From: Oculina patagonica
Taxonomy: Eukaryota
Direction of reading: 5' to 3'
Length of the DNA: 64,000 nucleotides
Assembly: GCF_052425735.1 (NCBI RefSeq)
Contig: NC_135764.1
Span: forward strand, 33,046,001 to 33,110,000
In this document: positions 38,601-50,244 of the stretch, piece after piece
How the letters are laid out: the number at the start of each line of letters is the position of its first letter
Numbering within the stretch: position 1 is the stretch's first letter
Notes under the pieces: generated by a model
The model's input: only the letters and a program-made list of their open reading frames with translations
What the model was told of the DNA's origin: nothing
The model's database searches: none
Translations under genes and position numbers: made by a program

Positions 38601-39384
38601 TCACTTACCTCATAGCTGTTCAGCTGACGTAAAAAGAAAAACAAATTTTCCGTCTCAACTCCCTGGCAGCTGTGCTATTTACATACATGTATTTTTAACT
38701 TTTGGTTTTGGAAATACTGTTTTCCAAAGCATGCATTCAAACAATACCATTACTGCCGCGATTTAATCGATGTTCTTATTTTGCACTACTAATTAATACT
38801 ATAGAATTCTGGAACCACAATTTTCTCGCCACATTATTAAATTTTAAACGTGTCAAGGAAGTAGGTCGCGACAATTTCTTTTTCCGCAAAAACCGCATCG
38901 AGTAAGTCTGAGGAAGGTTTGCAGGAGCCAAGAAAATATGCGTAACAGTTAAAATAATCAAAAATTTAGCACGTTTAGCGTTCGTGTGCAAAATATCAGC
39001 ACAGTCAAATAGATACGACAGCCAGATTAGTAGAAATGCAGTCAAAATATTTATGATAAGCTTACGATAGTCTTACATGACATGTACCAGCAACTATAAA
39101 GTTCAAAATATATTTCACAGTTCTTTTGGTTTTATAAAATTTGTACCGGTCTTTGAGATTTAATTCGCGCACTGGAAAAAATTGTTTTCAAATATCATTT
39201 TGCATATTAAAATTTTTAAGTCTAATGAGAATCGACTTACCGCTGTCCGTTGTGGATGAAGAATTCCTTTTAATCTGATAGAATCGCTCTCAGCAAACGT
39301 GACATTAATTTGTTTTACAAAAGAAGAACAATTCACAATCCCTCTCATTGAAAAAGTTATTCTCCGAAGTCCAGTTGTGGCCAT
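32698..39384 (-). CDS. AOX: Mitochondrial alternative oxidase, copy A (9 exons)
   Basis: Exons 39384-39241, 38246-38089, 37841-37778, 35273-35182, 34543-34425, 34059-33967, 33561-33449, 33149-33072, 32832-32698. Di-iron motifs [37 protein letters not shown], the animal-type C-terminal motif NPFLPGE, and an Arg-rich presequence. Confidence 0.96.
35619..35661 (-). ncRNA. Minimal hammerhead ribozyme, mirror copy (sense to the AOX-A pre-mRNA)
   Basis: Reverse complement of 36987-37029. Confidence 0.8.
36987..37029 (+). ncRNA. Minimal type I hammerhead ribozyme of the Penelope pLTR
   Basis: TGGCC-CTGAAGA-A-GACTAGC-TCT-GCTAGTT-GAAA-TATT-GGCCA: stem I, CUGANGA core, stem II, GAAA, palindromic minimal stem III. 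Confidence 0.8.
37424..37710 (+). mobile_element. tRNA-derived SINE, second family
   Basis: Head GGCGGCGTGACCTTGTGGTTAAAGC...CCCGGGTTCCAATC; body GAATTCAACTCCTCC...GTAAACAGCCAACTGGTCAGCCTCC shared with 47265-47640. Confidence 0.7.
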
Positions 39385-39519
39385 TTCTTTTCTTTACGTA
39401 TAACGAAGCGCAATAAACAGAATACTGCTTCACTTTCAGTGCTCAACAGTTGCGAGCTGGCTGTTTTATTATTTCTGTCTGAGGCAAACGCAATTTATAA
39501 TGGAGATTGCAGCACCCAC

Positions 39520-39527
39520 TGACGTAA
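39520..39527 (-). promoter_or_regulatory. CRE/PAR-C/EBP hybrid bZIP site (TTACGTCA) upstream of AOX-A
   Basis: 136 nt upstream of ATG 39384; on the minus strand it is followed by TGCTGCAAT and a TATAAAT box. Confidence 0.4.
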
Positions 39528-40136
39528 TAGACAACATCCGGTTTCCCTTCCAAGAATACTGTTGAATAATTAATCCCATTATTCCTCCGAGATGCTGAGT
39601 CATTCTCGGACCAAAGTTTTAAAATCTCAATGTTTATTTATTACTTTATGCTAAAACTAATTTAGTTAAAAACGCCGGTCACTCTTTCCCTCAAAAACAC
39701 CAATCAAGGACTGATAGAAGCCTTTAGCGTGCGTTTTTAATGAAAAAAAAAAATAAAATAAAAATAAAAAAACGAACCTAGTTTCACATTCGTGTTTATA
39801 TTCTGGCTGAAAGCAGATATTAATGCTGACTTTTTTGGCCACAGAATGAAAGACGCTGAAAGAAACTGAAAGCAGTCGCGTAGCAATAAACTACAGATGC
39901 GCATGAGTGGATGCTTGACAAGTTTAAAATTCTTCCCTGAAGGGTTGTTCGGTCAAGGGTATTGAAACAGCGCTCATCACGTACACACGTTAGATTTTAT
40001 TTCGCTTACCTATACTTCTAAATCTTTCTGTTTTTAGATGTAAAACGAGGAAGTGAACACTATCGGGCATAGATCTCATTATTATTTCCTTTTCAACAAT
40101 ACCGGAACAAGTTAGGTGTTGCATCGACTCCGCATA

Positions 40137-40468
40137 CCGTAAAATTCCGGTTATAAGCCCTGGGCTTGTACAACTTCGTAAGGGGTTTTGGGTGGGCTTA
40201 TAAACGGAGGGGCTTATATCCGGAAGGGCTTATAAGCGGAATGAAAAAAACGTTTCGAAACGAGCCACGAAAGTGTTGATCGAAATACGTTTTTAAGTTT
40301 AAAATGCATCATAAAGCAACATTTAGCCCTGTTCAGTTCTGTCATCCGGCAGAGGGGGGCTTATATCCGGGAGGGCTTATAATCGGATGTATTTTTTTGT
40401 TGCCAGATAGATGGGCCTATAACCGGGGGAGCTAATAAGCGGGAGGGCTTATAACCGGAATTTTACGG
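40137..40468. mobile_element. Tc1/mariner-type MITE in the AOX-A/METAP1D intergenic region
   Basis: TIR CCGTAAAATTCCGGTTATAAGCCCT; TA TSD; internal GGGCTTATA repeats. Confidence 0.88.
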
Positions 40469-40806
40469 TACACAGTTTGAAGTATTGTATTTTAAGGCGC
40501 CTTGATAAAAAAAAGAAGTCACGACTTGCTTATAATCACTGAACAGTTTGAAGCATTTTTTCCTGGGATTTTAGTTGCTTCTGAACTTCAAGGTTCACCT
40601 TTCTTTCGCATTCTTCAACCGCGTTACTTCCCTGTTTTCATCGCGCGCTGATATGTAGAAGGATTTCGTTACTTCCGGTCTTGATTACTCGCGGGGGCAT
40701 GGATCCAAGAATGATTTGGACGCCATATTTTGGTAAAACAATCGGTGAAACAGGTCGCACACCACACAAAAATAAATTCCTATATACTGCGGATGCTCTG
40801 CTTGTG

Positions 40807-43800
40807 ATGTGGGCAAAAAGGCTGTTGGAGTTAAAGTGTAAGTTTTTACAAGTTTCTCAAAATGTTGCTGGAATATCTAGCCTGTGATACAGATAGTTTC
40901 CGCATAGCTTTTTCAGCTGAGTGATATGCTTCTGCTAAACTGCATGTATTAAAGCTTAAATCGCCTATTAGCTTCTTGATGGTGTTTTCCAAGAAACTAA
41001 ATCCTAGCTAGTATAAGTCGATTTAACAGGATTTGTTTGACTTGTCAACATCCTTGCTTCTGGGTATTTTATTTTTGGACAGTTCTTCCTTCCCCATCCT
41101 CCCCTCCCTCAGCTCTTCTCCCCCCCCCCCACACACACACACACAAGCTGTTCCAGCTAAATTGTAAAGGCCTGCTTTATTAATCTGTTCTTTTTGGAAC
41201 TGGAATAAACATTTTTGTAAGAAAAACATGTTGCATCTGTCCACCATTGGCAGTCTGAGTTGGGTACCCTCAATTTCCTCTATGTCATAAAGTGATGGAT
41301 AAATAATTGTGATTATGTGGTTCGAGAAAATATCCATACCCCCCACGGAAGGGATTTGCCCTATGACCCCCCCCCCCACCCTTCTGGAAATTCCAATTTA
41401 GCTTCATACATTACTTTAAAGTTTTGGGTCCTTGTGACAACCCCCCCCCCCCTCCTCCCCGGAATTTCCAATCCCTTCTGTGGGGGGAGTATGGATATTT
41501 TCTGGAACCACACATTAGTGCCAAGACTGTTTGGTAATTTTACTGGCTTGACCCCTAGGACAGCAACAGGGATATGTTAGGGAATAGAGGGGCATGGCAT
41601 GGAATCTTGGTGCCCTGGGTGGGGTAGAGAAAGACTCAGGACTTTGTTAGAAGTGTGAAAAATTGGGGAAAGGGGATTCACCAGATTTTAAATTTGGAGG
41701 TTAAGGGAAAATATTACCTTAAAAGGAATAAAACAAAAACAAAATAGATTGAAACAAAATAGATTGAAATTTTGTCTACCACTTCATTATCTACAGGGGT
41801 GAAAATTAAAATCTATTAAGCATTAATCGTACACAAGTCAAGTATATTTCCATTGAGGTGAAACAGGGTACCCTCCGTGCTGATTTGGATTGTAATTTGC
41901 TTTCCAGATAAAGAAGTACAACTGTTTAAAAGGATACTAAATAAGTGTTTATATAGGTAAGTTTGTAATTTATTATATTTATAATTTTACATTATAACTA
42001 CCACTTTCACCTCATTCTTTGTGTGTTACTTAGAAAAAATCTGAACTGTTTATAAGTAGAACTTATTCAATCTGGAAGTATGATGAACGGATGTGATTCT
42101 GGAAGTATTCAATCTGGATGTATGATTCTCCAAGCACTATTTTATGTAAAGCTGTCATTAAAACTTGAGTTTAGTGCCAGCTGCATGGACCCAAAGGCTT
42201 CTTGTGGAGTAATAAATATATCATGTGATAATAGACTTGTATATCATTAGTATTTTTAACTCAAAAGACTGGGCAGTATAAGATAAGGAACAACAAGTAT
42301 CCACCAGCTGTGTCCAGGGTTGTCATTAAGGGTCGTAACCTAGTGTAAAACCTGTTACGGCTGAGTTAACTCAATGTTACGGGTGAAGATGTCCATTGGT
42401 GTTATGTTACACTTGTGTAGAGAGCAAAATGCGAGGGTTAATAACTTCATTGTAACTATGAAGTGAATATATGAAATTCATATATTTGTGCTGCGGATAT
42501 ACATTTTAAGCAAATGAAAGATCATCGCAGTAATGTACTCAACTTACTGCTTAAGTCGAGTACATTACTGCAATAATCTTTCATTTGCTTAAACTGTATA
42601 TCCGCAGTACAAATATATGAATTTCATATATTCATTTTATATCTTCTCCATCCACGGGTATATTACGAACTCACAAGTGACCAGCTCCCAGTTGGCTTGA
42701 TTGCTCAGTTGGTTAGAGCGCTGCACTAGTATCACAGAGGTCATGGGTTTGATTCCCGTTCAAGCCTGAATTTTTTCAGGCTTGCTTTTCTCAACTGCTT
42801 AAGTTGAGTACATTACTGTGATGATCTTTCATTTGTTTAAAATTCATTTTAACTGCTGCTTAAAAACTTTATGACAGTCATGTTGTCAACTTCTTAGTTA
42901 ATGTTATGCTACTTTTAACTGCAGAAATTCTTCAACAAACACTTCGTTTGAAGTCATCACAGAGCTATGCCACAAAGTTTCTCCCCCAGGCTATGTGCCT
43001 GAACACATCAAACGTCCGCCTTATGCTGACAGTGGTGTACCTCCAGTAGTGTCCAAATCCATAGAGATAAAAACAGACATGCAAATTGCTGCAATGAGAA
43101 CAGCATGTAGAACAGCACGGAAAGTCCTTAACATTGCCAGAGATAATGTCAAGGTGAGAGAAGTGATGAGAAGACCAAGACTCATGTAAGATCTATAATG
43201 TTGTTTACAAAACACTAAAAAAAACTATGAGTGCAATCAATGCAGTTTTATCAAAATTTCTTTTCACTAGGTCAATTTTAAACCAGTAGTGAAATAAGTC
43301 CTCTGAAGTCCTCCTGTACAGTTTGTATTTGGAAAATGAGCACTCACTTCTCCCTAAAACAGAGACGGGCAAGAGAGGACATCAAAAATCGAGCCTAAGT
43401 TTAATTGAAGGGGTGTTTGGAATAGGGCCTTAAGTGGCTCCTGTTCCCATATGAAATTCTCCCTTTGATTTACAAGGTTACACAGGGAAATTGAAAGAAG
43501 AATATAGCAATTTATCAGTAGTCACTTAGGGCTTTACTTCCGTCACCCCTTCAATTGCTTTACATTTTCACTCATTGCATTGTATGAGAGACAGTAACAC
43601 AAAACTTCAAGTACAATATATTGAGTGGAGAAGATTCACCTTGAACTTTTTGATTATTATTATTAAGGTAGGAGTCACAACAGAAGACATTGACAAAGTT
43701 GTACATCAGGCAGCCATTTCATTAGGAGCTTATCCATCTCCTCTGAACTACAAAAGATTTCCCAAATCTGTTTGTACATCAGTTAATAACGTGGCTGTTC

Positions 43801-46800
43801 ATGGAATACCTGATAGGTACGTGTAGTGATAGAACTGATACAATTAATAATTAAACACTTTTTTGTATGTTTCATATAAACCACACATAACTATAAGGCA
43901 CACAGATGTCTTTCTGTGATGATTCTCATTTACCAGTAACTCTTATAAGTAGCTGCTTTACTCACAGTTAACAGATCGGTAACTGAAAAGGTGGCCAACA
44001 TAGACAGATTTGGAGGGAGGGCCAAGGGACTGCATGTGCAACCTACACACCCACTTCATTTGGGAAATTATAATCTCTTATTTGAAGTCTTAACTTTTCA
44101 TTACACTTCACATTGCATCCAATATTAATGATCCAATGGCATTTCCTAAGATAATGCAGGAAAGCGTGGAAGTCTTTAGGCAGTTGACTGAACTTTAATG
44201 CTTAAAAATGCCCAAGGTTGTGGGAATATCTTAATAAATACAAACAGTGACTGTACTCTGCATTTTACTATTGCAGTAGACCCTTGCAGGATGGTGATAT
44301 CATAAGTGTGGATGTATCAGTAAGTGTAAAAATACATTGAATCTGACATGCATCGAGTAAGATATATTGCTACATAATTATAATTATCATGCAAGGTTGT
44401 TACCAGGTTCAAAAGAGGATGCCTCTGCGTAAGCTCAAGTTGTTACCAGTCTTGTCTCGGTTTCTCAGTCAGTTAGACTGATTTTCGAATGGACTTGTGT
44501 ACCAGCATTTATCTGTTTCTCAGTTTCTGTATAAATCTCAGATTATTGTTAAACCACAGGCCACTCACTTGGGGTTCAAATTTCCTTGTCCTGCAGTGCC
44601 ACACTCCATACCCTCTTGTTTGGAAAGATATTCCTGGCCAGTGGTACAACAACCTAGAATTAAATTATTGATAAAAGATTAAATGAAGGCATGGCGTCAA
44701 GAATGACACTTTGGTTTTTTGGCCATTTTTGAAAGTGCTCAAAAATAGTGGAATTTTGGCATGGGAACTTCCTTTAACATGAGAAACATTGTTCCGAAGT
44801 TTTTTTCCTGCTTGTTTGCACTTTGTTTTTGAGAAATATAGCATGCAAAAAAACTCTGAATTTAGGAGCAGCTTTCTTCTTATTAATGAATACAAAACAC
44901 TGAAAAGAAAGCGGCTTCTAAATTCGGAGTTTTTTGCGTACTTTATTTCTCCAAAACAAAGCGCAAACCAGCAGAAAAAAACTTTGTAATAATGTTTCTC
45001 ATGTAAAAGGAAGTTCACATGCCAAATTCAGCTATTTTGGAGCACTTTCTTAAAAAGCCAAAAACCAAATGCCATTCTTGCTGCCGTGCCTTCAAATGGA
45101 ATGTTTGTGTGTCAGAAATCCAATCGAGGAGTAGCAGCAATTTTCCTAGTCGTTTTGTCCTTGAGAGCAGCATTTATGTCTTGTGGCTTAACTCAGCAAA
45201 TCTTTCTTTAAAATATTATTGTTTACCTGAACAACAACAATTTTCTCAGGTCTACATTGGAGGTGTACATGGTGACATGTGTGAGACCTACTTAGTGGGT
45301 TCTGTTGATAAACAAGGACAAAGATTGCTAGAAAGCTCTCAACGATGTCTCGATGCAGCTATTAATATCTGTAAACCTGGCATAAGGTTTTCTTGGATTG
45401 GTAATACAATTGAGTAAGTGAGATATGTTTAACATTTGGAGTGACTTAGGTTAAAATAGCATTAAATCACTGCAGTAACGTAAGGTTTCAGTATCTATAA
45501 AGCCAAGGGGTCCTTTAATTTTCTGCCTTTGTTCTATTTGTCTGTAGGTTCATGGCCAGGAAGGATGGATTCACAGTTTGCCCTAATTTAGCTGGTCATG
45601 GTATTGGATCCATATTTCATTGTCCTCCAGAGATTTTGCATACAGGTGTGTTGTTGTCAGGGAACTGTATTGGCTTGAGTGTATGTATATGTATTTATAC
45701 CATGCTATAGAAAATACAGCCAATCAGAATACAGGAAAGCCGTTGTATATTCGACGGTATTCAACCCAACCTTCCCATCGTGCGCTGCGATTGTATTCTC
45801 GACGAAATTTAGTAAGCGTATTTTCTATGGCATGGTATAAAATAGTTACACAACACTTTCTCGTGGTATACTATGGAATATCCCACTTGTCACTTGTATT
45901 TTCTTGGTATACACACTCACCTAAAGGCTCGTGTGTATACCGAGAAAATACCAGTGACTCGTGGGATATTCCATAGTATACCACTCGAAAGCGTTGCATA
46001 ACTAGTATATATTCTGCAAAGTGTAGATCTACCAGTGACTATTTTATATATCAGTGGAAGTACTTTGTTTTGAAGTTATTTTTTTAACCAGTGTAATAAA
46101 CCTTTTCCCAGCCATCGTTGCAACATTAATTTAATCAGTTAGCAAGCTTTGTGAATTTAATCCTTACACATTAAAAAAAAAAAGAAATGGTGTTCAACCC
46201 TTAGGGGTACTGTCATCTCAACTTTAATATCATAGTTCTCTCATTTCTTATAGCAAACAATAAACCTGGAAAAATGGCACCAGGAATGACATTTACCATA
46301 GGTAAATATTTGACTTACTCTCATACTAGCAACTGTGGGCAGGCTCTGGTGTAGGAATACATGCACGAGCATTGGAGTCATGAGAGCGAGTCTGCGAGTT
46401 AAGCAAGCTGGTGAGGAGAAGTATTTAGGCAGAAACACAGAGAAAGTGACTTTTAGATCTCACATCTTGCCAGCATTCTTATCTTGCTGACTTGACTTTC
46501 TTCTGGCTTTGCCACTTGTGTGTACATGTATATTCCCAAATTTTATAGGGACACTGTCACTGGGATTTTAAAGCTTTTTGGTAAAAACTACTGAAAATTA
46601 TTGGCGAAATGCACCTAGTGCATCAAGATGGAGATATAAAGTAAAATGTTGGTCAAGAAGGGAACCATAATCATTTTTAGGTGATTTTTAACAAAATTGG
46701 ACCACTATTCGTAGTTTCCATATGTCTAAATTTACTGACTCTTGAGTTTTTAAGTGAAACTGGTGAAAGTGTCCCTTTAACCCTGCTTGCCTGCTACTCT

Positions 46801-48208
46801 CATAGTGGCTCACTGCTCAAGTGTAAATGGATACCTGACAAACAAAGAGCAATAGCTTGCAATGGATTATTTATATAAATTAGCATTCTAATGCTAATGC
46901 TAATTAGCATTAAATTTAGCATCCCAATTACTCACCATGCAGGGGATTGACAAGTTTGTGATCAGAAATTCTCCAAAAATGTGCAATTTTTACTTTCCCA
47001 AAGCAACTGTGACTGGCCTACTAGATGGGTGCTAGTTGTTATCCCTGTAGTGGTGTGTCTGAATTTAATTATTTTATTTTGATTTTCTCAGAACCTGTCC
47101 TTTGTGAAGGATCTCCAAAAATAGAAATTCTAGAAGATGGATGGACTGTAATTACAAAAGATGGCAAAAGGTACAGTTAATTTAATGTAGCTATAAAAAA
47201 AATAAATCAGTTTGTTTAAGTGCCAATGTACCTATCACTGCTGCACCAATTGGAAATGGAAGAGAAACTTGTTAAAAATCCCTACTGGTAGGAGGCTGAC
47301 CGGTTGGCTATTTACGAAGCGTGAAGGAGTTGAATTCGTGGCCACGGAACACAAATCCATCCGGTTGGCTATTTACGAAGCGTGGAGGAGTTGAATTCGT
47401 GGCCACGGAACACAAATCCATCCACTGGCAGGAAGCTGACCGGTTGGCTATTTACGAAGCGTGGAGGAGTTGAATTCGTGGCCACGGAACACAAATCCAT
47501 CCGGTTGGCTATTTACGAAGCATGGAGGAGTTGAATTCGTGGCAATGGAACACAAATCCATCCAGCGGCAGGGAGGAGGATTTGAACCTGGGACCTTCAG
47601 ATTATAATACAAGTCCAGCCATGTAACCATGTAATCTCCTAAACATTTCACCTCTTATATAGTTTTATATAGAACATGCATGCTCATAAGTAATGTTTGT
47701 CTCCACATTTATTAATGCCGGCAGTTGCGGATCTTGGGGAGGGGCCCAGGGGACCTTATTTTTAGAGCAAATAGAGGCCCAAAGAGCCAAGAACATTTTT
47801 TTCGAGAGCGCCCCCCCCCTCCCCCCTATTCTAGGGTCTGGATCATCGGGGCCCCCCATATCTGAAGGTCTGGATCCGCCACTGCAATGTTTTGTTTAAA
47901 TTAAGACAACAACAAAATTTACCATTTTTGAAGTACAGTAGAACTCCGAAATTCTCAAGTCGAACACGGAAATTTGACCCCAGATTTCTTGAACCAATTT
48001 TTATTTCCCTTGGAGGCTCAAAATGTCGTGGTTCTGCTGAAGTAATTTTACAGTCAGTGACTCAGTTTGAGCATACAAGATTATTGTTAATAGTTTTAGT
48101 TCATTTTAGTTTTTTGTTTATTTGCTTATCAGGACAGCACAGTTTGAACACACAGTGTTGATAACTGATACAGGTGTGGAAGTACTAACAGCTGATACTG
48201 ATGACTGA
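40807..48208 (+). CDS. METAP1D: Mitochondrial methionine aminopeptidase 1D
   Basis: Exons 40807-40837, 41908-41956, 42925-43153, 43668-43816, 44277-44319, 45250-45413, 45548-45645, 46254-46301, 47092-47170, 48133-48208 join in phase. Motifs [66 protein letters not shown]; no N-terminal zinc finger; basic presequence. Confidence 0.94.
41315..41514. mobile_element. MITE
   Basis: TIR GTGGTTC(G/C)AGAAAATATCCATAC...GTATGGATATTTTCTGGAACCAC. Confidence 0.75.
42463..42842 (+). repeat. tRNA-containing tandem/inverted repeat (tRNA-Thr-like cloverleaf at 42694-42767)
   Basis: Inverted arm 42463-42546 vs 42552-42634; direct repeat 42547-42592 vs 42796-42842. Internal GGCTTGA-TT-GCTCAGTTGGTTAGAGC...GGTTTGATTCCCG-TTCAAGCC. 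Relatives at 62340-62610 and 63085-63402. Confidence 0.75.
44685..45093. mobile_element. Fold-back (almost fully palindromic) MITE, Sola-like
   Basis: GAAGGCATGGCGTCAAGAATG ... CATTCTTGCTGCCGTGCCTTC with arms of about 190 bp; AAAT on both flanks (4-bp AWWT TSD). Confidence 0.75.
45692..46007. mobile_element. Double-hairpin non-autonomous repeat (intact copy)
   Basis: Two consecutive inverted-repeat pairs: TATACCATGCTATAGAAAATAC/GTATTTTCTATGGCATGGTATA and GTGGTATACTATGGAATATCCCAC/GTGGGATATTCCATAGTATACCAC. Confidence 0.75.
47265..47640 (-). mobile_element. SINE (second family) with a 4-copy internal tandem expansion
   Basis: Units starting CCGGTTGGCTATTTACGAAGC at 47300, 47361, 47440 and 47501 (spacing 61/79/61). 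Confidence 0.8.
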
Positions 48209-48734
48209 ACCAGCAGCCCACAGTAGATGTTATGTATTATAATTGATCATTGATTTTTACAGAAAACACTGAGTTAAATGGAAATATTAGGAAACAAGCT
48301 TTTCAAAAGTCACTGTATTTTTCATAAGAAAGAGAGAATAAAGTTTGTATTAAATATCTACTTGGTAGTTTTTTGTTTGTTTTGTTTAAAATGGTCAGTC
48401 AATATGGGAAGTGATTTACTTCTGTCACAGGTTTTACCAGTAAATTTATATTTCCCCCGTTTGATAACATCCATGGAAGATCTTCAGCATAATCTACACA
48501 GAAATATGAAGCCTGGACTGCGGAGTTGGATAACAGAACTGAGTTTTCTAGTTTTACATCCAGATGAAAATAGTGTCATAACCAACCATAGCCAGCCTGC
48601 ATGTAGGCGTCTCCTATCAACTTTGCTTTTGCAATGAAGTAAAGGAAATGAGAGACATCTGCATGCAGCCGAATGCCGGTCATAATGCGCGCAAGATGAT
48701 CCGGTCACGGCAGAGGCTGCAAACCAAAGCAGGG

Positions 48735-49270
48735 ACTTCCATCCGTGCACATATCGAGGGCAACGAAATCAAAAGAGTTGACTCCTTGAAGTCTCTTGGA
48801 CGTACAATTGATGAGACCCTTTCCTGGTCCAAGCATATCATTAATATATCCAAGAAAATTTGCTCAGGAACAGGCGCCTTGAAGCATGTGAGACCGTTCA
48901 TTAACACACACTCCGCTGCAAAAATTTATCAAGCCTTGATCGAGCCTCACTTCATGTTCTGCAGCAGCGCATGGGATTGTCTCAGCCAAACTTTGAGTGA
49001 TAAGTTGTAAAAACTACGAAAACAGGGTTGCAAGGATAATGACGAAATCTAGCTATGATGCTAGTGCGGATCCTCTCCTTGATATGCTTGGATGGGACAG
49101 GGTGTCAGTTAGCCGAACAAAGGCAGTTATCATGTTCAAAACACTAAACAAACTAGCGCCCTCTTACATGCAAGATGTGTTCTCCGCTCGTAGGTTTCCC
49201 TACTGACAGTATCCGTAACTCTGAGAACATTCTGCAAGTACCTAAACCAAGAACTAATTATCTAAACGCA
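48735..49270 (+). mobile_element. Degenerate L2/CR1-clade LINE ORF2 3' fragment
   Basis: IEGNEIKRVDSLKSLGRTIDETLSWSKHI...IYQALIEPHFMFCSSAW...NRVARI...LGW, with a stop and frameshift near 49008. Confidence 0.85.
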
Positions 49271-50244
49271 TTAAAAATTATAAATTTAAACATTCAGTGT
49301 TAAAAATTTTGCTTAAAACGACAAAGTATCGCAATAAAGCAACGTTGCTCCAAAAAACTTTCGATAAAACTACTCACTGACCCTTTTAACCTTATATAAA
49401 GACACGAACTTTTCTCATCATGGTTGAGTTCTGGTAACTGAGAAAACAGAAAAGACAACTTTTCTTTCATTCTTAAAAGTGAATTACCTTTAGCAACTGA
49501 ACTCGAAAAAAAAGTTTGTATCGTCTAAACTAAACCCATTTGTTCGGATCGAAACTAGCCCCTCCCTCTCCGCGGTCCCTGCCCATTTCATATAGTTGGT
49601 CCCAAATAAACTTTTCTCATTCTGTAAAGCTAAATGAGATATTATGCATCACATTGTTCCAAATTTATTCTTCTTTCTCAGATTTAGCTGTAGTTACAGT
49701 CAAGTACAAGTACGATTTAGAGTTGCAAGGTCCGAAATTTAAAAACGAACTTTAAAATGACTTTTCATAATCGGTAACAAAAATAATAATCCATACAAAG
49801 TGCATAAAAAGCAAATGTTCCGAAATTGTCATTTGCATCCCTAAAAGAAGTGTACCGATAGTCAAAAGTCTTGACGACATAAATTGTCCTTTACGCATCA
49901 CAGTCTGTGAGAGAGGAGTAGGCGAGCCATCCAAAAGACAGCATGTCGGTAAGTTGCGATTCCACAGCTTCAACTAATCATCTCTAGAATCTGTTGGCTT
50001 ATTGGAGGGGCATGAAGGAGTAAAGTTGAAATTGGGATTTGGGGGCAAATGTTTATTGGGAAAATGGGGTTTCGGGCACCGGGACAAGGAAGGGTAAGGG
50101 GTTAGAGCTCGGGGCGGAACAATAGACCTGGGAATGGGATTTGGGTAAATTTAAGCTGGGAAATGGGATTTGGGAAAAATAAGGGTAGGGAAATGGGAAT
50201 TTAATTTGCCCCCCCCCCCCCCTTCTCCCCTCTTCAGGACACTC

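Noticed and set aside
42694-42767. Functional tRNA-Thr gene
   Set aside because: T-loop is mutated (GTTTGA), the anticodon stem is mismatched, and it is embedded in a repeat unit with diverged copies at 62420 and 63207.
47300-47570. CRISPR-like array
   Set aside because: Eukaryotic intron, no unique spacers and no cas genes; it is a simple tandem duplication of SINE sequence.
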